Of a stretch of DNA of 64,000 nucleotides, positions 36,278 through 49,400 are shown piece after piece; within the stretch, counting starts at the first letter, position 1; every line of letters starts with the position of its first letter. The position numbers were made by a program, and so were the translations under genes. Origin of the DNA: a virus; IMG/VR virus record IMGVR_UViG_3300042569_002054. The stretch is one strand, 5' to 3'. Below the pieces are notes generated by a model, which made no database searches, was not told where the DNA came from, and saw only the letters and a list, made by a program, of their open reading frames with translations.

Positions 36278-38290
36278 ATGTTCAATCCAAATGACGGAAA
36301 TACAGACCCTAATAATTTACAAGGTCAACAAATTGGTTATGTTAGATTGACCCAGCTTGCTAATGATTTTTTAGAAGTAACTAAATCTCAAGCATTTGCT
36401 TTTAAAAATTCTGCGGAATATCTAACTAAAATGGACCAAAATATGGGTTCATTGGTTAAAAGTATGGGTGTTACTAGGGAATATTCACAGCTTTTAAAAC
36501 AAGAACTAGGTAGAGCAGTTACAGAAGTAACTGCAATGGGTGGTAAACAAGAAGACATCAATAGATTACAAAAAGAATACATTGAAGCAACAAATAGAAC
36601 GATTGTTTTAAGTACTGAAAATGTTGAAAAGTTATTTGCGGTATCGCAAGTTACAGGAGTTGCAGCAAAAACATTAGAAACTTCTTTTAGAAACGCTGGT
36701 ATGGAGACAACCCATATTGAAGAAGAAATGAGAACAGTTTACAATACTGCAAATAGTATGGGTGTCAATGCTCAAGTAGTTTCGGCAATGGTTGTTAATA
36801 ATTTAGACAAAATGAATAGGTACGGGTTTGGTACTGGTGTTGAAGGTATGGCTAAAATGGCGGCAAAAGCGGCAGCAATGAGAGTTGATATTTCACAAAC
36901 CATGGCGGTTGCTGACAAATTATTTTCACCTGAGTCTGCAATAGACGTTGCATCTACTTTACAAAGGTTAGGTGCAACTTCAAGTGCGTTGCTTGACCCA
37001 TTAAAATTAATGGATTTAGCTCAAAATAATGTACCTGAGTTACAAAACCAATTATCCGAATTATCCAAAACCTTTACAAAATTTGATGAAAAAACAGGTA
37101 AGTTTCAAATTATGCCTGAAGCAAGAAGACAACTTGGTGAAGTCGCAACTGCTTTAGGTATTGACAGAGCTGAATTTGAAAAAATGGCATTAGAGTCTGC
37201 AAAAATTGAAAAGAAAATGAGTGAAATTGACTTTTCAGGTTTAATGCCTAACGCAACTGAAGAAGATAAAATGTTGGTTGCAAATCTTGCGGAATTTAAT
37301 AAAGCTAAAGGTGAATATACTGTTAAATTTACCGACCCAGAATCTGGTAAAACAGTGGAAAAAGGATTGAGTGAGCTTAAAGATGGACAATATGATTATT
37401 TAAATGAACTTAAAAAACAACAAAATCTTGACGACCCACAAAAACAATTAGTTGATGTTGCTAAACAACAGTTAAGCTATACTGAAACATTAGTTAATCA
37501 AAACGCTTCCTTAAATGCGACAATACAAACTCAGTATGCAATAACCAAAGAAGGTCAAGATTATTTGAAATCCGCGGTTGAAGCACAAATAAAGGCGTAT
37601 GAGGTTGGTTTTTCAAAATTTTCATTAGATAAATCAAATAAAAGAGAATTTGGTACAACAACTTATGAAACTTTAACTAAATTAAATAAAGGTGAGTTGC
37701 AAATGACAGATGAGGCAATAAAAAAACTTATTACGGATATTGGTTTGGGAATAGGTGAAAATTATATTGATGTTGCAACACAATTAGGTGAAAAAATTGA
37801 ACAGAACCCATTTAATGCTGCTTTAGGTTCAGTGGCAAGTAAAATGGAAATAGTAGATAAAACTTTAACTACTGTGGGCGTAGACCTTAAAGCAATTGGT
37901 GATGTATTAACAACTGCGGCAGTGGAATTTCCGATAATAAAAAGTGTCTTAAACTTCATAACTGGAACTAACCTACCTGAAGAAAAAGATGTTGTTGTAA
38001 ATGCAAATGGTAGTAAATTTTCTTTAGACAAAGGTGATTTATTAATGGCTGTGAATCAAGAAATGTTAGCTCAATCAATAGGTGCCTCAGGACAAGTTTT
38101 TGCTAATAATACAACACCTGAAACTAAATCATCACCTAAAGAAATTAAAATTACATTAGATGTAAATGCCAATTCAAATGATTTACAAGTTAAAAACGCA
38201 ATACTATCGGCATTTAATAATGACGATACTTTAAGAACATTAAGAGATAAAATTGGAGTAGTTGGTTCTGATTATGGTCTAACTGTATAA
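36278..38290 (+). CDS. Tape-measure-like protein
   Basis: 670 aa, helical Ala/Gln/Met-rich; follows tube and chaperones. Confidence 0.65.
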   Translation: MFNPNDGNTDPNNLQGQQIGYVRLTQLANDFLEVTKSQAFAFKNSAEYLTKMDQNMGSLVKSMGVTREYSQLLKQELGRAVTEVTAMGGKQEDINRLQKEYIEATNRTIVLSTENVEKLFAVSQVTGVAAKTLETSFRNAGMETTHIEEEMRTVYNTANSMGVNAQVVSAMVVNNLDKMNRYGFGTGVEGMAKMAAKAAAMRVDISQTMAVADKLFSPESAIDVASTLQRLGATSSALLDPLKLMDLAQNNVPELQNQLSELSKTFTKFDEKTGKFQIMPEARRQLGEVATALGIDRAEFEKMALESAKIEKKMSEIDFSGLMPNATEEDKMLVANLAEFNKAKGEYTVKFTDPESGKTVEKGLSELKDGQYDYLNELKKQQNLDDPQKQLVDVAKQQLSYTETLVNQNASLNATIQTQYAITKEGQDYLKSAVEAQIKAYEVGFSKFSLDKSNKREFGTTTYETLTKLNKGELQMTDEAIKKLITDIGLGIGENYIDVATQLGEKIEQNPFNAALGSVASKMEIVDKTLTTVGVDLKAIGDVLTTAAVEFPIIKSVLNFITGTNLPEEKDVVVNANGSKFSLDKGDLLMAVNQEMLAQSIGASGQVFANNTTPETKSSPKEIKITLDVNANSNDLQVKNAILSAFNNDDTLRTLRDKIGVVGSDYGLTV

Positions 38291-38331
38291 ACATAAAATT
38301 ATTTCTATTCTATTTATAGAAAAAAGTATAG

Positions 38332-41300
38332 ATGGCTGTAGAATTCTTATCATTCAACAATTCGGAACAATTTAGAAAAGCGTTAGTTGCAAGGAATTTA
38401 GCACCGTATAGTGTTCAGGGTAATTTTACTGCTCCACAAGGATTACAAAACTATCCAATTAAATTACAAGACAATTCACCAGCAGATTCTGAAAGTGTAA
38501 GTTCAAATTTATATATTGAACCAGCATATAGTACAAGAATGAATTTGTATAGTCCCGCAGGTCAGTTTTTTGATGGGGCTTTGATTGTTGATAATACAGT
38601 CCTTCCTGGTGGAACGGGTATTGAAAATAACCCTTTAGGTACTTCACAACCATATAGTTTACAGTCAGATAGAATAGTGTCGAACAATGAACAGTTTATT
38701 AATAATGTTGAAGTTATTAATAGATACTTACCACCCGAAGGTTATGAAGATTTATTTGTTACATCGGATTTAATACTTGGAAAGTTATCTGCCGGTTCAC
38801 AAGTTTATGGTGATGGTAGAGCCGCCCCAATCATATTTGTTCAGGGAGATTATACTATTTACGAAATATTATTTGGTGAAGCAGCGTTAGCAAACGACTC
38901 GTTTTTACAACAATTAGCAGCTCAAAGTTTAAGAGAGGCGACTCAGTCTCGTATTGCTAGAGAAATTGAAAGAAATACTCTTGGGGCGATTAATCTTGAC
39001 ACTCTTACTAATCCATTTAATGCAACATTATTAGCAACAGGACAACAACCTTTTATTTATAGAGATTATACAATTACAAAACCTGATGGTTTATTAGATT
39101 ACGCGGCGTTTTTTATACAAAAGTTAAGTGGTACTTATTTACCCGCATCTCCTATTGAGGGAAGTTATTTTTCAGATGTTGAACTTTTAAGATTACGACC
39201 ACTACAAGCTTTAGGTAATTTAGGTGGTGGTAATATTATTAATAGACCAAATCCGTCAATTAAGTTCTTACAAAACACGGGAGCTGGTACTAAGTCTGTT
39301 TTATTTAATGCTCTTAACTATAATAGGTTTAAACCTAACTACGCTATAACATCTACACAGGTAGGTAATTTTATTAATAATTTATTTGATAATTTTACTT
39401 CAATAGGAAACCTTTATGTTGGTAGACAAGAAACAGATATTACAAATATTGTATCACCACCAAACGCTTCACCTATTGACGCTTTTGGAATACCAACACA
39501 AGCTCCTGTATATGGGCCTGATAAAGTTGGTATATTATATGAAGGTGACCAAAATTTTCAATTCGGTTTAGCTGGATTAAATTACGAACAAAAACCTTCT
39601 TTTGATGGTGGATTTGTTTGGATTACTGAATTTACAAAACCTGAGATTGGAAGAAATGTTGGACAAGGTGGACAATTATTAAGTAACAATCCAAATTTCG
39701 CACCACTGGCATCTTCTTATAATCAAGTTTTATCTACAAACTATACATTTAGACCTGGTTCTATTTTAGACGTTACACAACGATTAATTAACTCAACACC
39801 GGCACAAGGAGCGGATAGATTAGGACATGTTGGAAATGCGATTAACCAAGCGTCTAAAGTATTTTCAGATGGTTATAAAATATTAACCAAAGGTTCAAAA
39901 GTTAAAAAATATGTTAATAACTCAGGTACTGAGGTAGGACAAGAATATTGTAGAATTTTTACAAAAGATAAACCTTATTACACATATGCTAATTTACAAA
40001 AAACAGTTGCTAATGACTCAGGTTTAGAAACTAATGGTAACATTAGAAGGTTTACTTATTCTGTTTTAGATAGTACCTACAATCTTAATATAACACCTTT
40101 TAAAAATGGTGGAACAAATGTTATTAATGGACAGGTAAAGAAATACATGTTGTCTTTAGAAAACTTAGCTTGGAAAGATACTCCTGAATATAATCAACTT
40201 CCATCCGCTGAAAAAGGGCCTAATGGTGGTAGAGTTATGTGGTTTCCACCATATGATTTAACTTTTGATGATAGTTCTACACCATCATTTAATGAAACAG
40301 ATTTTATTGGTAGACCTGAACCAATATACACTTATAAAAATACTAAAAGGTCGGGTAGTTTAAATTTTAAAATTATTGTTGACCATCCGTCCGTGTTAAA
40401 TTTAATTGTTAATAAAGAATTACAAAATCAATCTAACTCAACCGTAACATCAATAGTTGAGTCATTTTTTGCGGGATGTAAGAGGTATGATATATATGAA
40501 TTGGCTCAGAAATTTAGTTCATTAAGTTTAGGTACTATTGACGAAGTTTACCAACAGGTCTTGGAAAGTTTGGATACATCAGAAAGTGATAAAGTAGACG
40601 CTTTAACACAAATACCACAAGAGGATAATTCAGGGCCAAAAGAATTACCTAATTTAAGTTCATATGTTGGTAACGCTTTGTATTTTGATTCAGACCCAAG
40701 AGACTCTAATTATAATCAACCATATCCTGACATTTATGAATATGAAGTTGTTCTAAATATAAATTCGGCATTTTTTGATGGTGTTGACGCTTCTAAAAGT
40801 TTTTTAGAAAACACAATAACCCCAAATTATGAAAACTTTATTGAATTGGCACAAGAAATTGCAGATGCGTTAGTGAATGATAATGAAGTTAAAATAGATT
40901 TAAAGGCAACTAATTTTGGTGTTGGAAATTTTTCAGGGCCTGAATCACAAAATTTAGGTGAAGATAGAAAACAAAGTATTATTGATTATTTTAATCAACT
41001 TACGTACCAAGGTACAAACATTTCAGACTATGTTGAAGCTAAAAGATTAAAAATTGATGTTAACTCTGGAACTATTGATAATTACAAACCTAAAGATAGT
41101 AGTCAAACTTATAATTGTAATGGTAATAATATTGCCGATGAATATAATGTAATCCGTGTCGCCTGTAGTGCTTTGGTTATTAGTAAAATTACAGTACAAC
41201 CGTATACACCATTTGGTACGAGAGTAGCTAAATCGGTAAGTGAGGGTTATAATAATACTATCGGATTAAAACAAGTACCTGTCGCTGATTTTCAGAGTAA

Positions 41301-43110
41301 ATTAAAAAATGTTACAAAAAGACTTATTAGAGAACTTTTAAATGAACAAGATTATTTTGAAACAATAAAAAACTCTGACCCATTTTTATATGATGGTATT
41401 AAACAAAGAATTAAATTTTTTAATCCGTTATTCCATTCTATAACACCTGAAGGTTTTAACTCAAGAATCACATTTTTAAATCAATGTGTAAGACCAGGTA
41501 GAACTATACCGACAACAACTAATAACCAAGGGGGTGTTAAAAACAAAGATGCGTTTAATACTAATTTTGGTAGACCTCCAATTTTAATTTTAAGAGTTGG
41601 TGATTTTTATAATTGTAAAATTGTACCCGATACATTATCTTTTACTTATGAACAATTAGATTTTAATCCTGAAGGAATTGGTGTACAACCGACAATCGTT
41701 AGTGTTAAACTTGGTTTTAAAATGATTGGTGGTCATGGATTAAAAGAACCAATTGAAAAACTTCAAAACGCTTTGAGTTTTAATTTCTATGCAAATACTG
41801 AAGTATATGATGAAAGAGCTGACGCTACCGACGAAACGGAAGTTGAGTCTTTTATTTTAAGTAATCAACAATCAAGTAATGTTAGTCAAGCAAATGCTGC
41901 ATTTGCAAATTCAACACCTTCTATGAGTAACCAACTTAATACCCAAATAACAAATAATGGGGGTACACAAGCTGGAAATATTACTAATTCACAAACTTCA
42001 GGTGGTGTTGAAACGGGTACATTATTATATGGTGGTTTATTTGATAATACGGTTGTTTATACTCAAAACTATTTTAATAATATTGAAAGTTTTGTGACAA
42101 AAATTATTCAAACCACAAATTACGGTGTTTATAAACAGGTGAGTTCTGAAAAACAATTTTTAATTGGTTCATTAAATAGTTTAGATACTCCAGTTACAAA
42201 CGTTAAGATACTTGGTAAAATGTTTAATTACAACAATTATCTTTTAAATGTTGCAAATGAACTGAGTACTGAAATTACTAATGGAACTGATTTTTTAATT
42301 TCAGCATTAATCATTAATAATGTATCAACATCAGACATTAGAGCTGTAAGAGCTAATTATATATCACAAGTATCAAATCAGGTTAATAGTATAATTTCTA
42401 AAATATCTAGTCAAATACAAAGTGTTTCTAATACACAAGTTAGTATATATCAAAATTATCGAAAACTTGATTTAATATGTTCATCAACGGATGGTAAAAT
42501 TACATCTCTTGGTAGTCCTTATGTTTATACTCTTACAGGATTACCTGACGGAGTAAGTGACACACTAACTTCAATAAGAACAGACTATATTAAATTAGCA
42601 TCTGATATTCAATCATACTATACATTATTGAATTCTAATGATATTATTATTGACGTGACAACTCCAAGTACAACATTTATACCTATATCAAGTCAAAATA
42701 TTACAGGTAATTTAAATAGATTTTTTACTCTTTTTTGTAATGAAATAATTGACAACAACTCAAGACAAAGTTTAATTAATAATTTAACTCTAAATTTAGT
42801 TTCAGACACTATACAGTTAACAAAAAGTATTGTTGAAACAACTATTAATGGATTAGTCCCAAGTTTTACAATTGAAAAAAATGCTCAAACAAATAAAGTT
42901 GATACTTTCTTTAATTCACCTGACTATTTAAGTTATAAAAATTATAATCCACAAGTCTCAAACCAAAGTATTGTTGGAAAAACAAGAAATTTCTCTTATA
43001 CAAGTGCAGGTGCAACTCCTACACAAAACGAAAATTTGAAAAATTTGTATTCGAATGTGAATGTTAATTTAGATAAAACGACCTTTAACGGAAAAATAAT
43101 TTTTGACTGA
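38332..43110 (+). CDS. Giant baseplate/tube-initiator-like protein (1592 aa) with a degenerate OmpA-like insert
   Basis: FIGRPEPIYTY..RSGSLNF and PPILILRVGDFY..SFTY tube-fold segments; located after the tape measure gene. Confidence 0.55.
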   Translation: MAVEFLSFNNSEQFRKALVARNLAPYSVQGNFTAPQGLQNYPIKLQDNSPADSESVSSNLYIEPAYSTRMNLYSPAGQFFDGALIVDNTVLPGGTGIENNPLGTSQPYSLQSDRIVSNNEQFINNVEVINRYLPPEGYEDLFVTSDLILGKLSAGSQVYGDGRAAPIIFVQGDYTIYEILFGEAALANDSFLQQLAAQSLREATQSRIAREIERNTLGAINLDTLTNPFNATLLATGQQPFIYRDYTITKPDGLLDYAAFFIQKLSGTYLPASPIEGSYFSDVELLRLRPLQALGNLGGGNIINRPNPSIKFLQNTGAGTKSVLFNALNYNRFKPNYAITSTQVGNFINNLFDNFTSIGNLYVGRQETDITNIVSPPNASPIDAFGIPTQAPVYGPDKVGILYEGDQNFQFGLAGLNYEQKPSFDGGFVWITEFTKPEIGRNVGQGGQLLSNNPNFAPLASSYNQVLSTNYTFRPGSILDVTQRLINSTPAQGADRLGHVGNAINQASKVFSDGYKILTKGSKVKKYVNNSGTEVGQEYCRIFTKDKPYYTYANLQKTVANDSGLETNGNIRRFTYSVLDSTYNLNITPFKNGGTNVINGQVKKYMLSLENLAWKDTPEYNQLPSAEKGPNGGRVMWFPPYDLTFDDSSTPSFNETDFIGRPEPIYTYKNTKRSGSLNFKIIVDHPSVLNLIVNKELQNQSNSTVTSIVESFFAGCKRYDIYELAQKFSSLSLGTIDEVYQQVLESLDTSESDKVDALTQIPQEDNSGPKELPNLSSYVGNALYFDSDPRDSNYNQPYPDIYEYEVVLNINSAFFDGVDASKSFLENTITPNYENFIELAQEIADALVNDNEVKIDLKATNFGVGNFSGPESQNLGEDRKQSIIDYFNQLTYQGTNISDYVEAKRLKIDVNSGTIDNYKPKDSSQTYNCNGNNIADEYNVIRVACSALVISKITVQPYTPFGTRVAKSVSEGYNNTIGLKQVPVADFQSKLKNVTKRLIRELLNEQDYFETIKNSDPFLYDGIKQRIKFFNPLFHSITPEGFNSRITFLNQCVRPGRTIPTTTNNQGGVKNKDAFNTNFGRPPILILRVGDFYNCKIVPDTLSFTYEQLDFNPEGIGVQPTIVSVKLGFKMIGGHGLKEPIEKLQNALSFNFYANTEVYDERADATDETEVESFILSNQQSSNVSQANAAFANSTPSMSNQLNTQITNNGGTQAGNITNSQTSGGVETGTLLYGGLFDNTVVYTQNYFNNIESFVTKIIQTTNYGVYKQVSSEKQFLIGSLNSLDTPVTNVKILGKMFNYNNYLLNVANELSTEITNGTDFLISALIINNVSTSDIRAVRANYISQVSNQVNSIISKISSQIQSVSNTQVSIYQNYRKLDLICSSTDGKITSLGSPYVYTLTGLPDGVSDTLTSIRTDYIKLASDIQSYYTLLNSNDIIIDVTTPSTTFIPISSQNITGNLNRFFTLFCNEIIDNNSRQSLINNLTLNLVSDTIQLTKSIVETTINGLVPSFTIEKNAQTNKVDTFFNSPDYLSYKNYNPQVSNQSIVGKTRNFSYTSAGATPTQNENLKNLYSNVNVNLDKTTFNGKIIFD

Positions 43111-43433
43111 TGGCTAACGAATATTACAATAGATACCAAAATTTTACTGTTGATGGAACAACTACATATATTCCTTTTGTTAACATTCCATTAAAAACTA
43201 CTGATAAGAAATACATCTATAAATTAGGTGTATCAAGATTGGATAAAGTTTCTCAGTTATATTATAACTCACCGTTTTATGGTTGGTTAATATTACAGTC
43301 AAATCCACAATACAGTGGTTCTGAATTAAATATTCCTGATAACGCCGTGTTGAATATACCATTCCCTTTATTGAGTTCTTTGTTAGATTATAAAACATCG
43401 GTGAAAGAATATTTCTATTATTATGGAGAGTGA
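43110..43433 (+). CDS. LysM-like baseplate wedge protein (gp53/P2 gpX-like)
   Basis: RLDKVSQLYYNSPFYGWLILQSNP...LNIP. Confidence 0.7.
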   Translation: MANEYYNRYQNFTVDGTTTYIPFVNIPLKTTDKKYIYKLGVSRLDKVSQLYYNSPFYGWLILQSNPQYSGSELNIPDNAVLNIPFPLLSSLLDYKTSVKEYFYYYGE

Positions 43434-46400
43434 GAATATATACGTTTTTCCAAGTACATGTGATAACATTTTTGTTATTAACCCAAATAAGGTTACTAAC
43501 CAATATGGTAACGCTGAAGATAGGAATATAAAACAAGAAAACTTAATTTATTACGCTAATTTAGAATGTGACCTTGAACCAAGAAGTAGACTAATTTCAG
43601 GTGCGGACAAAACCACTGTAAAAACAGTTTCATTAGCAAGTATGAATTTCTTAAATCCTACAGGGACAGGAGCATTAACTACTGAATGGACATCAATCCA
43701 AGACAGAACGGCTAATCAAAACCAAATTGCTAATCAACTTCTTGGAATAAAAACAATTTCATACCGAGTAGGTTTAAGTTATATCCCAACAATCACAATA
43801 AATTTAGAGGATGTTAAAGGTAGAGCATTATTTGAAAGTGGTGAAAATTCACCATATTCTGCGTTTTTTAATTTACCATACCCGACATTTTATCTAACAC
43901 TTAAAGGTTACTACGGTAAAGCGGTTCAATATCCATTAATTTTACAAAAATTTACATCTTCATTTAACTCATCAACAGGTAACTTTGATATTAGTTTAGT
44001 AATGATTGGATATAAATTTAATGTTTTAACTGATATTACTATGGCGGAACTTTTTGCAGTTCCTCAGATGTATCTCAAGAGAACTAATGTTCCTCAAGGT
44101 GAAAATACGGGAAATCAAACACAAACTAATACTCAACAAATAACACAACTTGGGTATGAAAAGATTAGAGATGTTTACACAGATTACAAAAACTTAGGAT
44201 TAATTCCAAAAGATTTTCCCGAATTAACGGTACAACAGTTATCAACAAAGTTAGATAATTTTATCAATTATAGTTTAGCAAAGTTTGGTCAATCAAATCT
44301 AACACCACTTAATGATATTGATACATACTCACAAGATTTAACACAATATCGTGGAGAAATTTATAATTTTACTACTTCGTGGTTTAATTTAAATTTAGAC
44401 ACAACGAATTTCTTTATTTCAAACCCAATTAATAATGTAAGATATAAAATCTACACTTATAAGTTATCAAATTTTCAAAAATTAGATACAGTTGTAATCA
44501 ATGATATTGATACTCAATATTCTAAATTACAATCAATTATTACAAAAAATAATGAAAATTTAAAAAACAATACAACTTTTGGTTCAGGTGAATACAAAAT
44601 TGAAAACCCAATAGATATTGAAAATATAAGAACTGATGATACTAATATTGATTATGTTGAAACATATAAACAAAGAAATAATGTGGAAACAGTAAATCAA
44701 GAACAAGTTACATCAATTGTAAATCAAATTGATAATTTAAAAAATCTTTTTAAAGAAAGTGAAATTGGATTTTTATTTCAATTTGATGGGACAAGTAGAT
44801 TTTTAGATTTAACATATGAGTTAGATAAGATATTAAATGATAGAAAAACATTAATTGAAGATAAACTTACTAAAGAATTATCTAGTTTTATACAAACAAC
44901 AAGTGGTTTAGGATTTTCACCAACGATAAGAAATGTCGTTGCGGTTATTATGGCATCGGCAGAAGCCTTTTTAAGATTAATGCAAGATGTTCATAAAAAG
45001 GCGTTTGATGTTAGAAATAGTGAAATAAAAAAATTAGTAACTAAAAACGATTCCGCTTCACAGTTATCACCTGTATATCCTTGGCCACAATTTGTGGTTG
45101 AAAAAAATATTGATGGTCAAGTAAAATTTGAAATACAATATCCTGGTGATAATTCAGTTATATCAGTAACTAAAGGTAATAACTATACTATTTGGCCTGA
45201 AGTCGAGTTTGTTGAAGAGTTTTTAAAAGGTTATTTACAAAGAGAAACACCACCAGTTCCACCAATACCAACTAACGAAGGTATTAATCGAATTTTAATA
45301 TCAGGGTTTGATACTTTACCAAGTAATGAACCATATAGTAATTTAGCTGAAAGTAAATTTTTATATGAGGTTTGGGAAAGAATTCAAACTATAACACAAT
45401 ATAATGGATTTCAAAAAAATAATGACAGTTCTACTAATCAAAACATATTAAATTACTTAGCAGAAACAGAAAGTCTGAATGTGTTTAACGCCTTAAATTC
45501 GGGTAATCGAGAAAATTCGCCAAGATTAAATTTTCTTTTTAAAACATCGAACTTTACTAAAGATTCTTATTTTTCTGAACTTGTTAATTTACAACAGGAT
45601 TATTCAATTTATTCACAAGGGTATTTTGTAACTGATTATTTGAAAAGAGAAGTTAATGAAAATCCGAATAAAATTTTATTTGAAGATTTACCAACAATTC
45701 AAATAACCAATGATAAAGAAAAATACATGGTAAATTATTTAAATTCTAATGTCCATAATGATATTAGTTTTACTGATACATATCCATATATTGATTCAAA
45801 TTGGGATTACGTTAATTTAGCTGCTGGACAAAATAATTCAAAGTTTAAAAACATTAATTCGACGGAACTTTCAATTTATTATAATACATATTTTAAAAAA
45901 ATTACAAATTTTGAAAAATCTTCAGTTGTAGGTACTAATGGTGATAAAACCAAACTACGACCATATACTGATTATAATTGGAGGTCTAATGAGATAACAA
46001 CACCTGTTGATTTACAAACTTTTTACAATAATAGAAAACCTACAGAATTTTTACCGACAGAAGGATTTATTAATTATATTGACTCTAATTTAACTAATAA
46101 ACAAACAACTTCGATTCTTAATACACCTTATTTTGTTAATGCTATACAAAAAGGTATTAACACGACTTTAAATGGTCAAAGTAGTGCTTATTTAGAAGCG
46201 TCTTATCTTTTCTTAAACAGCTTACCTTTATCAACATTAAAAGAAAGATATTTGTCATTTGAAAATAATTTAAATACATATTCTGATTTTATTTTTGCAG
46301 GTTTAAAAAAATTTGGTGGTGTTCATAGGTTACCATATTTTTGGATTCTAAAATTAGGTTCAATTTGGAACCGATATAAAAATTATGTAAATAATGGAAC

Positions 46401-49400
46401 TGATTATATTACATCTATTTGGACTAATTTTAATTATTTGAATAATTTTGACCCGATTAATAATTTAGCATCAACTACGTATGTTTTATCTTCAGAAACA
46501 TTTAATACAACGTCAATTACATTAGAAAATACTCAAACATCAACAATAAATTATCATATTGGATTTTATCCAAAACTGATAAATGATTTTTATTTTTTAC
46601 ACAATGGTTCTTATTTATACAACCCAAACTCAGTTACTACTTCATTAGAGATACAAAACGCATTACAAACTGCACTTGATAAAAGAGAAATTATTTTATT
46701 TAATGCTAATCAATCAAACATACAATCAACAAATATTAATTTAAAAACTTGGACTGTTTTAATTAAAGTTAGTAATTCAGAAGGTGAAGAGTCTTATACA
46801 ATATGCCCTTCTTTTGGTACTACAACTAATCAAATTGAAAAAGAATGTTTTGATAATAATAAAAATAATATAATATCACTATCAAATAACCCAAGTGTTC
46901 ATAATGGTTCGGTAAGGTTATTTTGGGGGGCACCTAACTATGGGTATTTTAATACAACACCAATTAGAAAATCTGGTTATAATGAATATCTTAAAAAAGT
47001 TTATCCTGATAAACAAGAACAGGTAAGTTTTGAGTTATTTAGTGAATTTGTCTATTCAAATATTGAGGAATTATTTTCTGTTTTTGATACTGAAGAATTA
47101 AATAATTTTGAAATTGAATTTTTAAAATTTGCAAATCAGGGAAGTTCAAGTGTTTATTCTTTTGAGTCAATACTTAAAAAAATAACATTCTATAATGAAA
47201 AATCTGAAAATATTATTGGTGTTGACTATAACGAAATTGTTAAAAGTATTGCCACTTCACAAAGTTATGATGTTAATACAACAATAACAAATTCATTACA
47301 ATATGATGTACTAATTAAACGAGGAAATCCTACGGGATTTGATAAAAATTTATTTAACATACTTTCATCAAATCCATCACCGGCAATTGTAAATAGATAT
47401 AATATCCCAAACTATGAAACAACTCCAAATTCAGTACCGACTAACTTTGGTCTAACTTATAATGAATCAAAGTCTCTTTATCCAAACGAATGGAAGACTA
47501 TGGAACTTTACGTTGGGTTTTCAACAATTAATGGGTTAGAATATGATACAAATACTTCAGTGACAAATGAAAATTATTTAACTAATTTCTTTAGAGTTTT
47601 TAATATAGGTTTCACAGTTGATAACATTAAATTATTTAGAAATTTAATTAAAATGTATGGGACAACATCAATTTTGGGTAATTCTGGGAATATTGATGTT
47701 TTTAGAAATAAAATAGACACTTATTTAAGTGTTACTGATAACTTATCGGGAGAAACTTTCACAAATTTTATCACATCTTTACAAAAAAGATTAGGTGGAG
47801 GTAATACGAATACTGAAAAAATTGATTCGGTTTTAGAAGGGTTCCAGAGTAAAGTTGAATTATATGACATGTTTAAAGCAATTAATGATAAATGGATAGC
47901 TGGAAATGATTATACAAAAATTGATGAAAACTCTGACGCTCCACTATTTAAAGATTACTTATTTGTTGACAGAGCAAACAGAAATGTTGGTGATATATTT
48001 GTTGATATTGCAAAAGTAAATTCATATTTAAAAGGGGCGAATGTTAAAGCTAACGTTTTTACTGTTGTTGGTTCAATAATCAAAGACCATAATTTTGTTA
48101 GTTTTTTAATGCCGTCATACATTAATTTTTATGGAAGACAAACCCCAACTGGACAGGATGAAACTTCAAAAAATACTGAACCAAATGAATTTGCAAATAA
48201 TTTGTTTGGAACATTTGATACTGTTGATTATCAAAGTTCAAAACCAAAAATGTTAAATATATTTGTAGATAAACCTTCACAACAAACGGATAATAAATCC
48301 AAACTTAATGGATATAAAGATGATGGTTTAGATATTACAATATGTGCGGAAAATTCTGTTGGAGTTGACGCATCTCAAAAAAGAAATTTTTCTTTAGAAA
48401 ATAGAATAGTTGGTTTTGCGGTTGACTTTGAATTACAAAATCAAGGAGTTTTTAAAAAAATAAATGTAAGTCAGGATTTAGGTAAGGCTACAAGTGAATC
48501 CCTAATGGCTGAGTATAATTTAGCTAACTCAAGTGCGGGAATTCAAACATCGACACAAAGTGTTAGTTTATACAACATTTATAAAACTAGAAGTTATGCG
48601 GCATCCGTAGAGGCAATGGGTAATGTTATGATTCAACCATCAATGTATTTTGTTTTAAGAAACATACCATTATTCGCTGGTTCTTATTTTATAACTGAAG
48701 TTAATCATAATATAGGATTAGAAGAATTTTCAACATCATTTACAGGTACGAGACAAGCTATTGCAACATTACCAAAAGTGGACACACTTTTCCAAACAAT
48801 TAAAAAACAATTATTAACTAATTTAGGTAGTACATTTAAAAATCAAGGAGGGTCTACTACAGGTATACCTAATAATTCTGTACAAATAAAAAATAGTATA
48901 ACTAATTCTATAATTGGTGGTAAAATAATGTCTAATACACCAAATTGTAATAAAGATGAAGCTTATTCTAATTATACAAAATATTCAGAAACTAATAAAA
49001 ATGAAGGTGCGGATGTTATTGTTTCGGCAATTAAAGTATTACCTACAACTGATAAGGTTAGACTTTGTATTTTTATTAGTTGTTGGATTGAATCTGGATT
49101 ATCTATAAATGAAACTACACATCGTTTACAGTTTTTTGGTAATAATATTGCGGGGGTAACATTAGATTACGATTATCCTGGTGAACTTAAAAATTACCTC
49201 ACTTCAAATTTCATGTGTTTAACTAATAACTCTAGTCAATACACACAAACATATGCAGTTTTTGAAAGAGAAAACAGTTTATATGAATTTATGATTGCTG
49301 CGTATCCTGACAATATTAATAATACAGTAAATAATATAACTGACAAGGATATTTTTGCAACTGAATTTTCTAAATTTTGGATTGAATATTTTCCATATAA

